A stretch of DNA of 63,804 bases, counting the filler, from Trichomonas gallinae (Eukaryota), in assembly GCA_008369845.1 (NCBI GenBank). It is 10 parts of 10 records of this genome, joined end to end, with 100 filler letters (N's around TTAATTAATTAA, not from the genome) between each part and the next. Parts side by side here need not be neighbours in the genome. Positions count along the whole stretch, not along the records: positions 41,353 to 52,366 come from MRSU01001460.1; positions 52,467 to 59,477 come from MRSU01001463.1; 8 more parts are not named here. One strand, written 5' to 3'. Each line of letters starts with the position of its first letter. Within the stretch, counting starts at the first letter, position 1. Position numbers and translations under genes: made by a program. The notes under the pieces are model-generated. The model was not told the origin of the DNA. It saw only the letters and a list, made by a program, of their open reading frames with translations, and made no database searches. Shown here piece by piece: positions 45,635 through 57,025 of this stretch.

Positions 45635-47827
45635 TTATGTATTCTGATAATTCCGAACGTTCAGAAAAGTCGCATTGAAAATATTTTTGTGAGAGATTTA
45701 TATTGACTTTTGAGACGTTTTTTATTTGATCAAATAAATTAATAATTGGAATTGCGTTTATTTCACGGTTTTAAAAAAAATCTTATTATAACTTGACTTT
45801 ATCATTATTTTGATATAATAATCATCGTACAATGAATATGAAATAGATATTCATTTGAGAATAAACACAACAATTTAAAATTATTGTCAGATTATGACTT
45901 AAATAACATTATGTACATATTTTATCTTAAACCTGTAATAAATATTTTTCATCATTTAAATCGAAAATATAATGATAACATGGCCATTATATTAATCCAT
46001 TCCTTTTTGAAAGAAATATTTTTAGAAAAATCTTATCATCAAATAATCATTGAATTATTTCTTTTCAATTTTAAATAGTTAAGTCTGTCGTTAAGAAAAG
46101 CTTTCAATACAGGGATAAGTTTAAATCATTGAATTATTTCTTTTCAACTTTAAATAATTACGTCTTTTCAATTATGATCATAATTAATTCCTTAAACGGC
46201 TTATAATTTATGTCCGTATGATATTACTAATGTCATCGGATCAGTTTACTATTTTCATCTACCAAATAATCATTCAAAATAATTTTTTTCTTAATACTAT
46301 TTTTCAGAATAAAAGATATTGATTATCAAACAAATTATCAATGACATGATATTGTTTATTATTTTATTTATTTAAAAGAATTTGACCTACCATGTGAATA
46401 ATGCTGCTTCATCTGTTTGGATATGAGATATGATGCAGCTTTTAAATTTTTTATAAAGCATATATTGCCACGCCTGCTCAAACTTGATCCCATGAAAATA
46501 ATGAAAGTATACACATATAAATTCAATACAGATTACATATTTAAAAGAAAAAACAAAATATATGATGAATTAATTTTTCTTGAATGAAAATTAACAACCA
46601 AAGTCAATGTCTGATCATTATTTATATTAGATATCAAATGACCTTCACATTTTAACTTAGATTTGGACTCAAATAACCATTTTCGAGATGAATCGAATTG
46701 TGGTTCAGCTTTGTTCGCTATTTTAGGAATTATGTTATGACGATAGTAATCACGCATTTATACTTCAAAGTTTTTTCAGATTTATCTAGCATGTTTGCAG
46801 GATTTTGGATTTAAAAAATATCTTGAATTGTCATATTCAGTTTAACAATAGTACAATTCAGCTCAACATCATTTGCAATAATTAAATATTACTGCTCAAG
46901 TCCGAAAAAAGCTCATTTTTACTCCATATTTTATTAATTTTGCATTGGAAAGAATCTTAGACCAATTCGGAAGAGTTCCAACAATAGATGAAAGGAAGAA
47001 ATGTCATTTGATACTACCATTCTACTAGTATGGAATAATAACATTTTTTTCGCAATTCTAGTTTAATAACATTGTTTCTGTGATTATATCCGTCAGCGGT
47101 ATATAAATACAGCTCTGCTTCGGCGTGAATTTGCGTCGTATGATGAAAATTTTCTCTCTTATTTTATTAGTAGCCAATCCTGATCGTTTGAGATGAAGAT
47201 ACATGTAATAAACCTGAATTCATCGAACTTGTTCACCAATTCCCGAAATTTTATATCGTGATTAATTTTTTCTTCATAATTTTGCCAAATTATATAATGC
47301 AACATAATCTAGATGTGAATATTTGCATGGTTCTTTGATAAAACACACTATTTATGTTACATCTTTTTTGATTTAAATGAATGATAAGTCTGAAAATAAT
47401 ACGAATATATCGAAATTAAACAGTATTGTCGAACGGTAACTGTCCGAAGGAATTTGACAACTTCATGAAGACATTATTTTGAAGCAAGAATCAAAGCTGT
47501 GTTGTTGTCATTATCTTTTGCGTCGATTGTAATATTAACATTTTCTGCTTCACAGATTTATCTACGCTCAATGTTTGCTCAGATCAGTTTATAATGAACC
47601 AATCCTGGTATGTTTGACAATTAGTATGGACAAATCCTGAAAATCATATCATTATAATGATTAATCTATCATCTACAGAGCATTAAAGAATCATCTACCC
47701 AACGATCAGGTTTAACTACAGTTCATGTGCACATAATATATATATATATATATATTTATCTTTATTTTATAAAATGTTAATAATACTTTAGTATTTGCTT
47801 TGCTTTTTTATCAGAAAAAAAAAAATA

Positions 47828-48634
47828 TTACATTATAATAAAAACCATGCATATTAAGATGAATGCATGAGCATGATTTGCGTTGTTACAGACACTGCGA
47901 CAGACTCTGGTTTTGAGCTGAGAAACCATGCAGATGCTTTCATCTGGCATTATGTTGACCGTTAAATCAAAGAATGTCGTTCCTTGGAATTCTTTGCGAA
48001 CATAGATCGTCGGGGAAACGTTAAATGCATTTGAGAACACATTTGATCCTGTTTCTGGAGCGGAGTTAGAGCATATATATATTTGCGAAAAATTTGAGAT
48101 TCCAAACATTCTTGATTTATAAAAAGTGACGTACATAGGGAAAATTATTTTATTCAGTTTTCTACAGTTTGCGAAGGTATTATTGCTGAGGAATGTAATA
48201 TTTGCTGATGGCTCAAACGTTAGAACTTCTAAATATAACATTCCTGAAAAAGCGGCATAATCAAGATATTTTACAGAATATGGAATATGTAGCTTTTTAA
48301 TTGAAGTTTGATAAAATGTATCTCGTGCTAAAAATTCTAATGAGTTTGGAAGTGTTGCTGATGTGATTTTGCTGCAAGCGCGAAAACAAAACACTGATGT
48401 TTTGGAAACACGATATAATTTGTTTTGGTATGGGACAAAAGATTGTAAACTAACGCGTCCCGAGTAATTTACGCCAGAAACTGGAGCATTTGAATAAGTT
48501 TGATAATCAGAACCATTCGAATGATATTGTATTCCAACGCAACATTCTAGAGGACCGATAATTTGGTAGTTTAGCCCATCGTATTGGAATACGGCGAGAT
48601 TCGAAATATGAACAAAGCAAACTGATAAAAACCT
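47828..48634 (-). pseudogene. BspA-like (TpLRR) protein with apparent ATG-to-AGG start loss
   Basis: TpLRR repeats (ITSATLPNSLEFL...F, IKKLHIPYSVKYL..AF, FANCRKLNKIIFP) and a C-terminal hydrophobic tail. The frame is intact but the signal-like FLSVCFVH is preceded by AGG, with no ATG before the repeats. Confidence 0.7.
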
Positions 48635-48718
48635 TGCTGTCACGTTTTTCCTTGAAATGAAATTTATGTCACTTTACATCGGAAATCTGTCATTTTACAT
48701 CACTTTTTGTCAAAAATC

Positions 48719-49930
48719 ATGAAATCTGTAAATATTGTAATAATTCGATGGAAAATGGGCACAGAGAAAATAAAAGTAGGCCACAATGACACAATTGGGA
48801 CTCTTATTAAGTACATGACAAATAAATTTAATATTGAAGAAGACATTCAAACATTGACTCAAGAAAGAACGAAAACAGTTATTCAAAAGAGAGCTAAACT
48901 ATCGAGTCTCGACATAGAAAATGGTGAGATATTTATTATGCAAATTCCTTCAGATTCAAATTCATCAAATGATAAAACTTTGTCAAATCAAAATAACACG
49001 AATACACAAAGCTCTAGCAATGTTGTAACACTGGAACAATTACAAGTTGTTCATCCTACAATTAAATATCAAAAATATCAAGATTTAACACTAAAAAGAG
49101 TGCTATTTCCTATGCAAGAAATGGATAGAATAGGCAAAATAAGTAATTCCCTCCACTTCAATTCTACTCAAATCTTCTTTTTATACGGAACTCAACCAAA
49201 TAACGCAGCTATGCGTATTCATTCTGTTTCTCTGCCTTCACAAGAATGCTCAAATAATAATTTTCAGGTAAATGAGATGCATATTAAGGATTCATATCAT
49301 GTTGCACAGATTTGCGGCTTAAAATTTTTAGGATATTTAATTATTGCACCAAAAACAGAATCCATTGTTGCTCCATCCTTGTTCATCAGACTTATTGGCT
49401 TAATCCCACAAGATATCAATGAAATTATAATATTAAGATCTTTATCAACATTAAAGTCAATGGTTGATTCTGTTTCATGCGAGATGGATGCTTTTTATGT
49501 TAATAAGCAGTTCATTGATTTATATAGAGCTGGAGTTTTCACTGGAGAAACAACAGATAAATGTTTAATTACAAAAGAAACAGTAAATGCTGGTACAAAG
49601 ATAACGAAAGAAGTTGAGATACCATTCTTTGTAACACCAATCGCCATAAAATACAAAAATGGCTGGTTTCCAACAAATTCTTTTCCATTTCAGTGTTTTT
49701 ATCCTACAGTTGCTGATTTCGTTAGTCAAGCCTACAAATATTTTGATGTTCCAGATTATATAAGATATCTGGACTTTAATTTCCTTTTATATCTTTGCAC
49801 AATCTTATCAAGAGAAGATGAAGTACCGCTTTTCGTTAGAAAATGCATCGACAAAGAAAGTGTACCAGATTCAATACTAGTTAAAATGGAAGATATGATT
49901 GATGCACCTCTTAGAAAATTAATGAGATAA
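48719..49930 (+). CDS. NPL4-like protein (ubiquitin-like N-terminus plus MPN-like domain)
   Basis: IIR.KMG..KI......L....LSSL.I.NGEI..., then FLYG.....IHSV.LP.QE....VA..CGL..LGY, ..AF.V..Q...L, FP....P. Confidence 0.7.
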   Translation: MKSVNIVIIRWKMGTEKIKVGHNDTIGTLIKYMTNKFNIEEDIQTLTQERTKTVIQKRAKLSSLDIENGEIFIMQIPSDSNSSNDKTLSNQNNTNTQSSSNVVTLEQLQVVHPTIKYQKYQDLTLKRVLFPMQEMDRIGKISNSLHFNSTQIFFLYGTQPNNAAMRIHSVSLPSQECSNNNFQVNEMHIKDSYHVAQICGLKFLGYLIIAPKTESIVAPSLFIRLIGLIPQDINEIIILRSLSTLKSMVDSVSCEMDAFYVNKQFIDLYRAGVFTGETTDKCLITKETVNAGTKITKEVEIPFFVTPIAIKYKNGWFPTNSFPFQCFYPTVADFVSQAYKYFDVPDYIRYLDFNFLLYLCTILSREDEVPLFVRKCIDKESVPDSILVKMEDMIDAPLRKLMR

Positions 49931-49966
49931 TTTTTTGGCTTTTATAACCTTATCATCCGCATAGTT

Positions 49967-50049
49967 ATGTCTTTGTTTGTATAATATGTCTTATTATTAT
50001 ATATGTCTTATTATAATATGTCTTATAATATGTCTTTGTTTGTATAATA
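49967..50049. repeat. Low-complexity short tandem repeat (TATGTCTT core, 5 copies)
   Basis: tatgtctt repeated with short AT spacers. Confidence 0.8.
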
Positions 50050-50388
50050 AATCTATACTCAAATCTTTATGTTAGCATTTAAATTGATAAATTTTTAATA
50101 TGATTTTGTAATATAATCAAAATTTTATTGAAGCTATGTTAGACATAAACAATAAAACTTTGTCTCTACAAACTCATTGATTAATGCTATTTTTAAATAA
50201 ATTTTTATATTTCTTGTTTATCTAGTTGGATTTCATATTCTATCTTATAATATCGACTTTATCTTCTAAAGATGCATCTATTGATGGTAATATTTAGGTA
50301 TGGAATTAATTATGGATGGATTGTGGAATTAAGGTTAATTGATTTATAATTGTCACTTTTTACAATTGTTTGCAAGTCAGATTTTTTC

Positions 50389-51564
50389 ATGGAAAATTCT
50401 TTTTCTTTGTTTCAGCACGTCCAGATCAATGCGTTTCAATTCAGGACGAACTTCTTGTTGGTGATCATTGTATGGATTTCTTCCTTTTCTATTGGAATGA
50501 TTTTTGGAATCTTTGGTCCTTTCAAATTAAGTCATGATTACTTCAATATAGATGATATATCGGATTATGGAATCGATTTCAGGGTTATGCAGAATATTTA
50601 TTTCCTTGCAGCAGCAATTGGTGAATTTTTGCCTTTGTCATTTAAGAATGTTGGAAGGCATGTATCTTTAGTTTGCATTATTGCTGTTCATATAGTTTTT
50701 CTCATAGTATATATTATTTTTTGCTCATCACAAATGATTTCTGTACTAATTCGCTTTACGGAAGGTCTTATAATGGGCATATTATCATCATTTTGTCCAA
50801 TATTGCTTGCAGAAATCGAGTATGAAAATAATAATATTTTATCTTCAACGCATTTATTATTTTATCCATTAGGTTTATTGATTTCACAACTAAGTGGTGA
50901 ATATTCCATCTATTTTATGATAGCATTCGCAGTTTTGCAGATTTTATTGTTAATAATTTTTGAATTTGATACAAATCGCGATTACTTTGAAAAATTTTCA
51001 TTTGATGAACCATTTAATGTAAGTATTGATAGAATTGTCATGGTTTCGATTGTTTTAATTCCATCAATTTTATCTGGCGTTTATTCATATCAAACTTATA
51101 TATCACAGTACAACTCGTACGATGAATCATACAAATGCATTCTAAGTCTTGTATTAACAACTCCACTCTTCTTAATATTTTCAAACATTGAAATTTTAGG
51201 CTTCTTCATGATAATGGTATCATTCATGCTGTGTGCATATTCAAGCTACTCAATTTACACCAACAACATCAATGAATACACTTTCATATTAAATTTCATT
51301 GGCCAAGGACTAGGAAAGCAGTCTGCACTATGGAGAGAGGTTTACGACGACTCCGCCTTCGAAGACCAAACGAACAACTTCTTTATGCTCGTTGCCGGAT
51401 CAATGAGGTGGCTATCTGCCTTCTTCGTTATTGTTGGCTTCCCGAATGAATTTGATCCATTCTCTAAGGTCGTCATTAATCCTACAGGATCCATGCTGTT
51501 TTTAGCCATGGACATTGTTGGCTGCATTGCTCTTCTTTATCCAATCTATAAAACTCTTCTGTGA
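50389..51564 (+). CDS. Divergent MFS (sugar-porter-like) transporter
   Basis: About 10-12 hydrophobic segments, ..VGRH.. loop, IRFTEGL.MG..S...PILLAEI. Confidence 0.75.
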   Translation: MENSFSLFQHVQINAFQFRTNFLLVIIVWISSFSIGMIFGIFGPFKLSHDYFNIDDISDYGIDFRVMQNIYFLAAAIGEFLPLSFKNVGRHVSLVCIIAVHIVFLIVYIIFCSSQMISVLIRFTEGLIMGILSSFCPILLAEIEYENNNILSSTHLLFYPLGLLISQLSGEYSIYFMIAFAVLQILLLIIFEFDTNRDYFEKFSFDEPFNVSIDRIVMVSIVLIPSILSGVYSYQTYISQYNSYDESYKCILSLVLTTPLFLIFSNIEILGFFMIMVSFMLCAYSSYSIYTNNINEYTFILNFIGQGLGKQSALWREVYDDSAFEDQTNNFFMLVAGSMRWLSAFFVIVGFPNEFDPFSKVVINPTGSMLFLAMDIVGCIALLYPIYKTLL

Positions 51565-51716
51565 TTTGATATAAAAATATGATTCTATAATGTTTTATTT
51601 TTGATGTTATTTAAATAAATATTTCGTATTTAAACTACATTTTCTATTTTAGGTCTCATATTCAAAATTTTTAAAGGGACGCCTCTCAATTGAGAGGAAT
51701 ACGCACGTAGGAGACC

Positions 51717-51839
51717 TGTTGTGGGTGTCAAACACGCCCTGCTCTCAAAGTTCTTAATTGATTGAAAGGTCTGTCAATAATGGGTGAATGGGCATATCAA
51801 ATATTTTGAATATGAATAGAAAATAAAAATATTATTTAT
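51717..51839 (+). repeat. Second copy of the recombinase-element-associated repeat
   Basis: Matches the reverse complement of 33324-33490. Preceded by the perfect palindrome CCTCTCAATTGAGAGG (51682-51697). Confidence 0.88.
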
Positions 51840-52306
51840 TGATATAATATTGTAGGTAATAATATTCTACATTATTTAGATGTTTTTAGCGAAAAAGAAA
51901 GAAGCAATTAATTTGAATACTGATTGAAAAAAATAAAAATGATAAAAATAGTAAATTATAGATGGTATCAATTAATAGTATAATATGACAACTTTAAAAT
52001 GTAAAAATAATCTTGTAAAAATTGAATCCGCATTCATTTTTAGTTAATGATAGAAAATTGAGATGAGACCATCATTAAAAAACCTAGTTTATATGAATAC
52101 TATGAATCATATTTTATGTAAAAAAATCTCAAATATGTAAAGTTTACAAAATAATCGTTTTTTGTTAAATAATGGAGTAAAAAATCTGAGATGATGATAG
52201 TTAGAACAGTGATTTAATGCAATTGATGAATCAATTGTCAAAATCAGGAAAAATTAATTTTTTAAATTGAGAAGTTTACAATAAAATTGAGAGAAAAATG
52301 AAAAAA

Positions 52307-52366
52307 GCCAGTGGCGGGACTCGAACCCGCAACCCCAAGATTAAGAGTCTTATGCTCTATCCGGTT
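52307..52366 (-). tRNA. tRNA-Lys(CUU), second copy, 5' end in gap
   Basis: 60 nt identical to 41353-41412, followed on the minus strand by a T6 run (Pol III terminator-like, 52301-52306). Confidence 0.9.
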
Positions 52367-52489
52367 NNNNNNNNNNNNNNNNNNNNNNNNNNNNNNNNNN
52401 NNNNNNNNNNTTAATTAATTAANNNNNNNNNNNNNNNNNNNNNNNNNNNNNNNNNNNNNNNNNNNNATAGTCATCACCGTTTTTAGTGG

Positions 52490-52635
52490 AATCACCATGA
52501 CTTTATTCGAATAAAGTGAATTTGGAATAATGCTATAATTTGGAATTAAGTCAAATTTGGAATAATGAACTTTATTCCAAATGCGCATATCCGAATTATT
52601 TGGAATTACCAATAATATGGAATTAGGAATAAAAG
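52490..52635. repeat. Cluster of short TTTGGAATWA-like repeats in direct and inverted orientation
   Basis: atttggaataa, atttggaatta, atttggaataa, inverted ttattccaaat, atttggaatta and atggaatta, next to a contig end. Confidence 0.65.
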
Positions 52636-52777
52636 ATATTTTACGTGTCAAAATAAATTTATAATATATAGGGGGAGCACCGGGAAATTTTATGTGATTT
52701 AAAACGAAATTTCAATATTTTATTATATGCAGATCCATTTATAGCAAATATAAGTGCAAAATTTTAATTCAAAAATA

Positions 52778-55700
52778 ATGGATGCACAATATGTGCATCA
52801 GCGCGATTTGCAGACAATTTTAGCTGAGCTCGAAGATAACCTCAAGAAGATTGCAGCGAGTTCTCCTGAAAATCCTGAGCAAATACAGGATACAAAGAAG
52901 GAAATTAGCAAACTAATCAATAATGCCGATATTGACTTAAGATTGAAGACGCAAACCATAGTAAGATCGAGGCTAGGCATCTCAAAGACACTGCCCGCCA
53001 ATGCGATTGATACTGATTACGTAGCATCAATGCACGTTATTAAATCAAAACGAGCCGTTGTACCTGATTTACAGCCAGAATTTAAAGCACCATCACCAGA
53101 AAGGTATAAACTCAAGACTCCGAAGAGAAAAATCGAGCCAAAAGAATCTCTTCCCGTTTTAAGAACAATTCCTCCTGTAATTCCAACAAGGCCAAAGACA
53201 ACGGCCGATAAAATGCGTTTACACAAAGTTATACACAAGCCAAAATTGCCCAGACCAGATTTTCGGGACCCAGCAGCTCCACTTCCGAAATTAGAAGAAA
53301 AACAAATCAACGAGAACGGATTTTTCAGTTTAACAGAAAAAGGACTGTTGCATAACAGTGACATACAAGGAAAACTCGATGACACGATAACTGTTGAGCC
53401 TTTTATCTATGATTATGCAAATATCCCAATTAATCGACAACAAACTTATAAATTATCACCAGACGATACTGCAGAGTCGGAAGAAGAGCAGGCGAAGAAA
53501 ATTGCTCAACAAAAGAGCTTAATTCCGCAGCCAACTCAAAAACAAAGTCAGTCAACTCGTCCAGCGATTATCTTTATAAATGGAGATCCACTCGTTACGT
53601 CATCCGAATATATTGCATTTAGGCGTGCTTATGCCAACATTTGGGAGCAAATCGAGATTATTTTGCCGATGATCAAAAGATTTTGCGAAAAATATGTTAT
53701 CACTCGTGCGAAAGTCGATACAAAGCTTTTGTATGAGTGCTGCAACTTGGATCCCGATGATGTAACGGAATCAAGGATGTGGAGCTTGTTTGTTGGCCTC
53801 GATGAGGACGAATTTAAGAAAAAGAAAATTTCGCAAAAATACGGCTTCGGATTTATTGGTCCAGACGCTGAGAGGCGCGCTGCAATATGCATACAGAGTA
53901 TCTGGAGAGGCTACGAGAGCCGTAGATTACTTAGAAACATCAGAAGAAACAACGCTGCAGCGAGAATCATTCAAAGATGTTTCCGAAATTCTTTGGTTCG
54001 CAAAAAGTTTTTGTCTTTCCATGACACAGAAACAAAGAAGCGCGCAAAGATGTACGAAACACACCAGAACGAGTTAGGCGTTTACGACTCGAACAGGAAG
54101 ACTTTTATTGTTCATTTAATAGAAGACGACTCGCCAATGAATTTCGCTAGATTAACATCGATGGTTGACAACACTTCTCTTTTGTTCTTTTTCTTCAAGC
54201 ATCCGATTCACACAACCATCAAAACTCGCTTCAGGAAATTTGCCAAGGCGCCAGATATGATAAACTTCTGCAGCCCGTCTTTCAAGAAGCTTCCTGCTTA
54301 TTTCAGCGTTGAAGACATGATCGCGTCAGATTTGCCTATGATACAGAAAATCAAACTCATAGCTGTCAACACTTCTGGCGTTTTGATTCCCAATTCTATT
54401 TCAGTAGCTACAATTGAGGCGTCATTGAGACTGAATGCTGTAGTTTTGTCGCCGACGTTGATGAGGATTTCGCTTTATTCTCAAAGAGATGCAATCAGAA
54501 GAATTTTCACTGGAATTAATCTGCCAATTCTCAGTGGAAGCGCGGAGATTTTCGACATGAACACTTTGTGCAACAATCTAACAGATTTGTCTATGACATT
54601 CCCGAACGTTAGTAGGTGGCTCATGCATGGAAATAATGGAAATTTCGCTTGGGTAAATACGACAGATGTTTCTCTTCTTGAAAACATCGCAGAAAATAAA
54701 ATTATGGAGAGCGAAAATGCAAGAGAAATTGCTCACTTCAGGGAGATTTTGTTCCAGTTCTATTTCAACAATCTCATGAAGATCATCTCGACGACAGGCA
54801 ACAAAGAAAAGCAACCGTTTATGCGTCAAATGTATGAAAATGGTTTCACGCTTGAAGCAGCTCCTTGGATGGTCAGATGTTCTCCTGAAGCTTTGTTTGT
54901 TTTAACACCAAACGAAAAAGTTAAAATCGCAGGAACATGGGAAAGATTGTTTATTTCCGCCTATGAACCATTCGCTATAATTGTCCCAGCATTTATCGCT
55001 CCTGTAAAAGAGATCAAAGATAAAACAGAGAAAATAGCGAACGAGTGTTTGACAAAGCATTTGTTCGGCTACAACATTGTGACTTATTACTACGCAGTCG
55101 ACGAAGACAAAGAAAAGAACAAAGACATGAAATTGACACTGTTCACAGATAATCTCAAACTCGGTGTTTATGCTGAAACGCTGCCATTACATGCTGCAGA
55201 GATGTTCTGTGGATCACCATTCAGCTCCGAGACACTCAATCTCGGTGACAATGAGTTCGTTTATGTTCAAGAAAAGCTTTTGTTGCCTTATCCAGCTGAA
55301 ATCGACTTCATTGAGCAAAAAATGCAATCATTCGATATCCCTGTCAATAAGAAAGTCTTCGTTTTGCCTTCCATTTTCGATCACATGAAGATTGGCCTAG
55401 TTATCAAAGAATCATCAGTTGACTCGTTGATATCATTATGCCTGAGAACGATGAAATTCCTCGCCGAAGATTTGTATGAAGATCCAGTAGGTGCCCAGAC
55501 CGCTTTGGCAGAGTATGTTCGTGCTGTGTCCAATCTCAAATCACAGATGACAATAAGCAAGGAGTTGACATCGACTTTCATAACGAACAAAGTTGTCTAT
55601 GGAACTGAGGAAGTTAAGTCTCAGTTCTATTTGGGCGACGGAGATGATGATCACACGAAATCATTAGAAAGGATTCTCGATGAAGATGACAAGAAGAATC

Positions 55701-55816
55701 CAATTCCACTGGACAAAGTTGCAACATTCGATAAGATCTCAGTCGAAAAATTTGAAACACACTCACCACTTACTTCTCCATTATCTGTTATGACACAAAA
55801 ATTCTTAGATAAATAA
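52778..55816 (+). CDS. IQ-motif protein, IQCH-like
   Basis: Two IQ motifs (AAICIQSIWRGYESRR, AARIIQRCFRNSLVRK) preceded by F.GPDAE. First ATG is at 52778. Confidence 0.8.
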   Translation: MDAQYVHQRDLQTILAELEDNLKKIAASSPENPEQIQDTKKEISKLINNADIDLRLKTQTIVRSRLGISKTLPANAIDTDYVASMHVIKSKRAVVPDLQPEFKAPSPERYKLKTPKRKIEPKESLPVLRTIPPVIPTRPKTTADKMRLHKVIHKPKLPRPDFRDPAAPLPKLEEKQINENGFFSLTEKGLLHNSDIQGKLDDTITVEPFIYDYANIPINRQQTYKLSPDDTAESEEEQAKKIAQQKSLIPQPTQKQSQSTRPAIIFINGDPLVTSSEYIAFRRAYANIWEQIEIILPMIKRFCEKYVITRAKVDTKLLYECCNLDPDDVTESRMWSLFVGLDEDEFKKKKISQKYGFGFIGPDAERRAAICIQSIWRGYESRRLLRNIRRNNAAARIIQRCFRNSLVRKKFLSFHDTETKKRAKMYETHQNELGVYDSNRKTFIVHLIEDDSPMNFARLTSMVDNTSLLFFFFKHPIHTTIKTRFRKFAKAPDMINFCSPSFKKLPAYFSVEDMIASDLPMIQKIKLIAVNTSGVLIPNSISVATIEASLRLNAVVLSPTLMRISLYSQRDAIRRIFTGINLPILSGSAEIFDMNTLCNNLTDLSMTFPNVSRWLMHGNNGNFAWVNTTDVSLLENIAENKIMESENAREIAHFREILFQFYFNNLMKIISTTGNKEKQPFMRQMYENGFTLEAAPWMVRCSPEALFVLTPNEKVKIAGTWERLFISAYEPFAIIVPAFIAPVKEIKDKTEKIANECLTKHLFGYNIVTYYYAVDEDKEKNKDMKLTLFTDNLKLGVYAETLPLHAAEMFCGSPFSSETLNLGDNEFVYVQEKLLLPYPAEIDFIEQKMQSFDIPVNKKVFVLPSIFDHMKIGLVIKESSVDSLISLCLRTMKFLAEDLYEDPVGAQTALAEYVRAVSNLKSQMTISKELTSTFITNKVVYGTEEVKSQFYLGDGDDDHTKSLERILDEDDKKNPIPLDKVATFDKISVEKFETHSPLTSPLSVMTQKFLDK

Positions 55817-57025
55817 AATTTTGTTTGTATTCCATGATTTGTGCAAATTGATAACTTATTTTTAACTACAGTTTTTCTCTTGAATACTGATTTCACTGCT
55901 TTACTTCAATATTTGGCAATCCATGTTCTTTATAATGAATGTATATTTGATTAAAATAAGTATGAATATAGCCAAAAGTATTTTTGATTTGCGTATATTT
56001 ATGAGAAAAGAGGATGTTGTAATAAATTTTATTAAAGATTAATAAATGGAGTTAACTGGAAAATATTCATGGGAGAATATTGCATTTGATTTGAGCAATG
56101 CTTCTAAATTTTGTAATGATCAGCAGAATTCACTGACGAATCTATTTTCCCACAGGTCGAATTATCAAAAGAAAAAATAGTTACATCACTAATGTTATTT
56201 TTCCCTCCGTTATTAAAATGACTTGTATTGATGCAAGTGGCCAGTAATAACTTACTTTCCTCATCATTGGGCAGTCAACAATTGCATTTGATATCAAAAG
56301 AAATCAATGCAGCACTTGTTGCAGGCAAAATAATCAATTTGAGATTTGGGCAGACAGTTTCATGTAAACTACTAACTGCAATTTTAGTGATAAAAACAGG
56401 AATGAACAGAATATTTTGTGTATAGCTTCTCAAGCTATTATCTAGTAGCTCTCTACAATCTGGATGAAATTCAGCAACTTCAGGATAGCCACATGGGCAT
56501 TGAACTAATTGCGAGTAATCATATGAATATAACACCCTTAAGTTGGAAATTTTTTTACAATAGTGGAGTATTTACCCATATGTCATTTTATAAAAAATTT
56601 AGCATAAATCATATTTAACAATATAGCTTTGATTAATGCTTCATGATAACAATCCCCCTGTATATATTTATCTAACCCTGAAATAAAAATACAAACGCAT
56701 CGATAAATGTAAAAATCTATAACTCAGCGATTCATACGTGAACACTTGTGATTGATAATGCAATCATGCATATTGATCGAAAATATTATCAACCACGTTG
56801 GAGTTATGAATCACTACTGTTTAATTCACAAATATCAAATATTCAATCCAAAAAATCATCAATTTTAAGATTTAAGTAGTATCACTGTAATGTAATCCAT
56901 CAAATGCGAATGTTGACATATACTGTATTTGCTAACGAACGAGATTTTATAATTTCGAATTTATAAATATCGGAGTTGAGAAAAAGCGTAGTAAGTAATA
57001 TACACAATAAACAATTTACAAACAA

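Noticed and set aside
46400..47700. Coding-like stretches with many stops between the Bap-like and BspA genes
   Set aside because: Possibly an old pseudogene, but I could not recover any recognisable motif.
56050..56620. Short ORFs with a BspA-like word (ITNVIFPS)
   Set aside because: A single weak motif in heavily interrupted frames is not enough to call.
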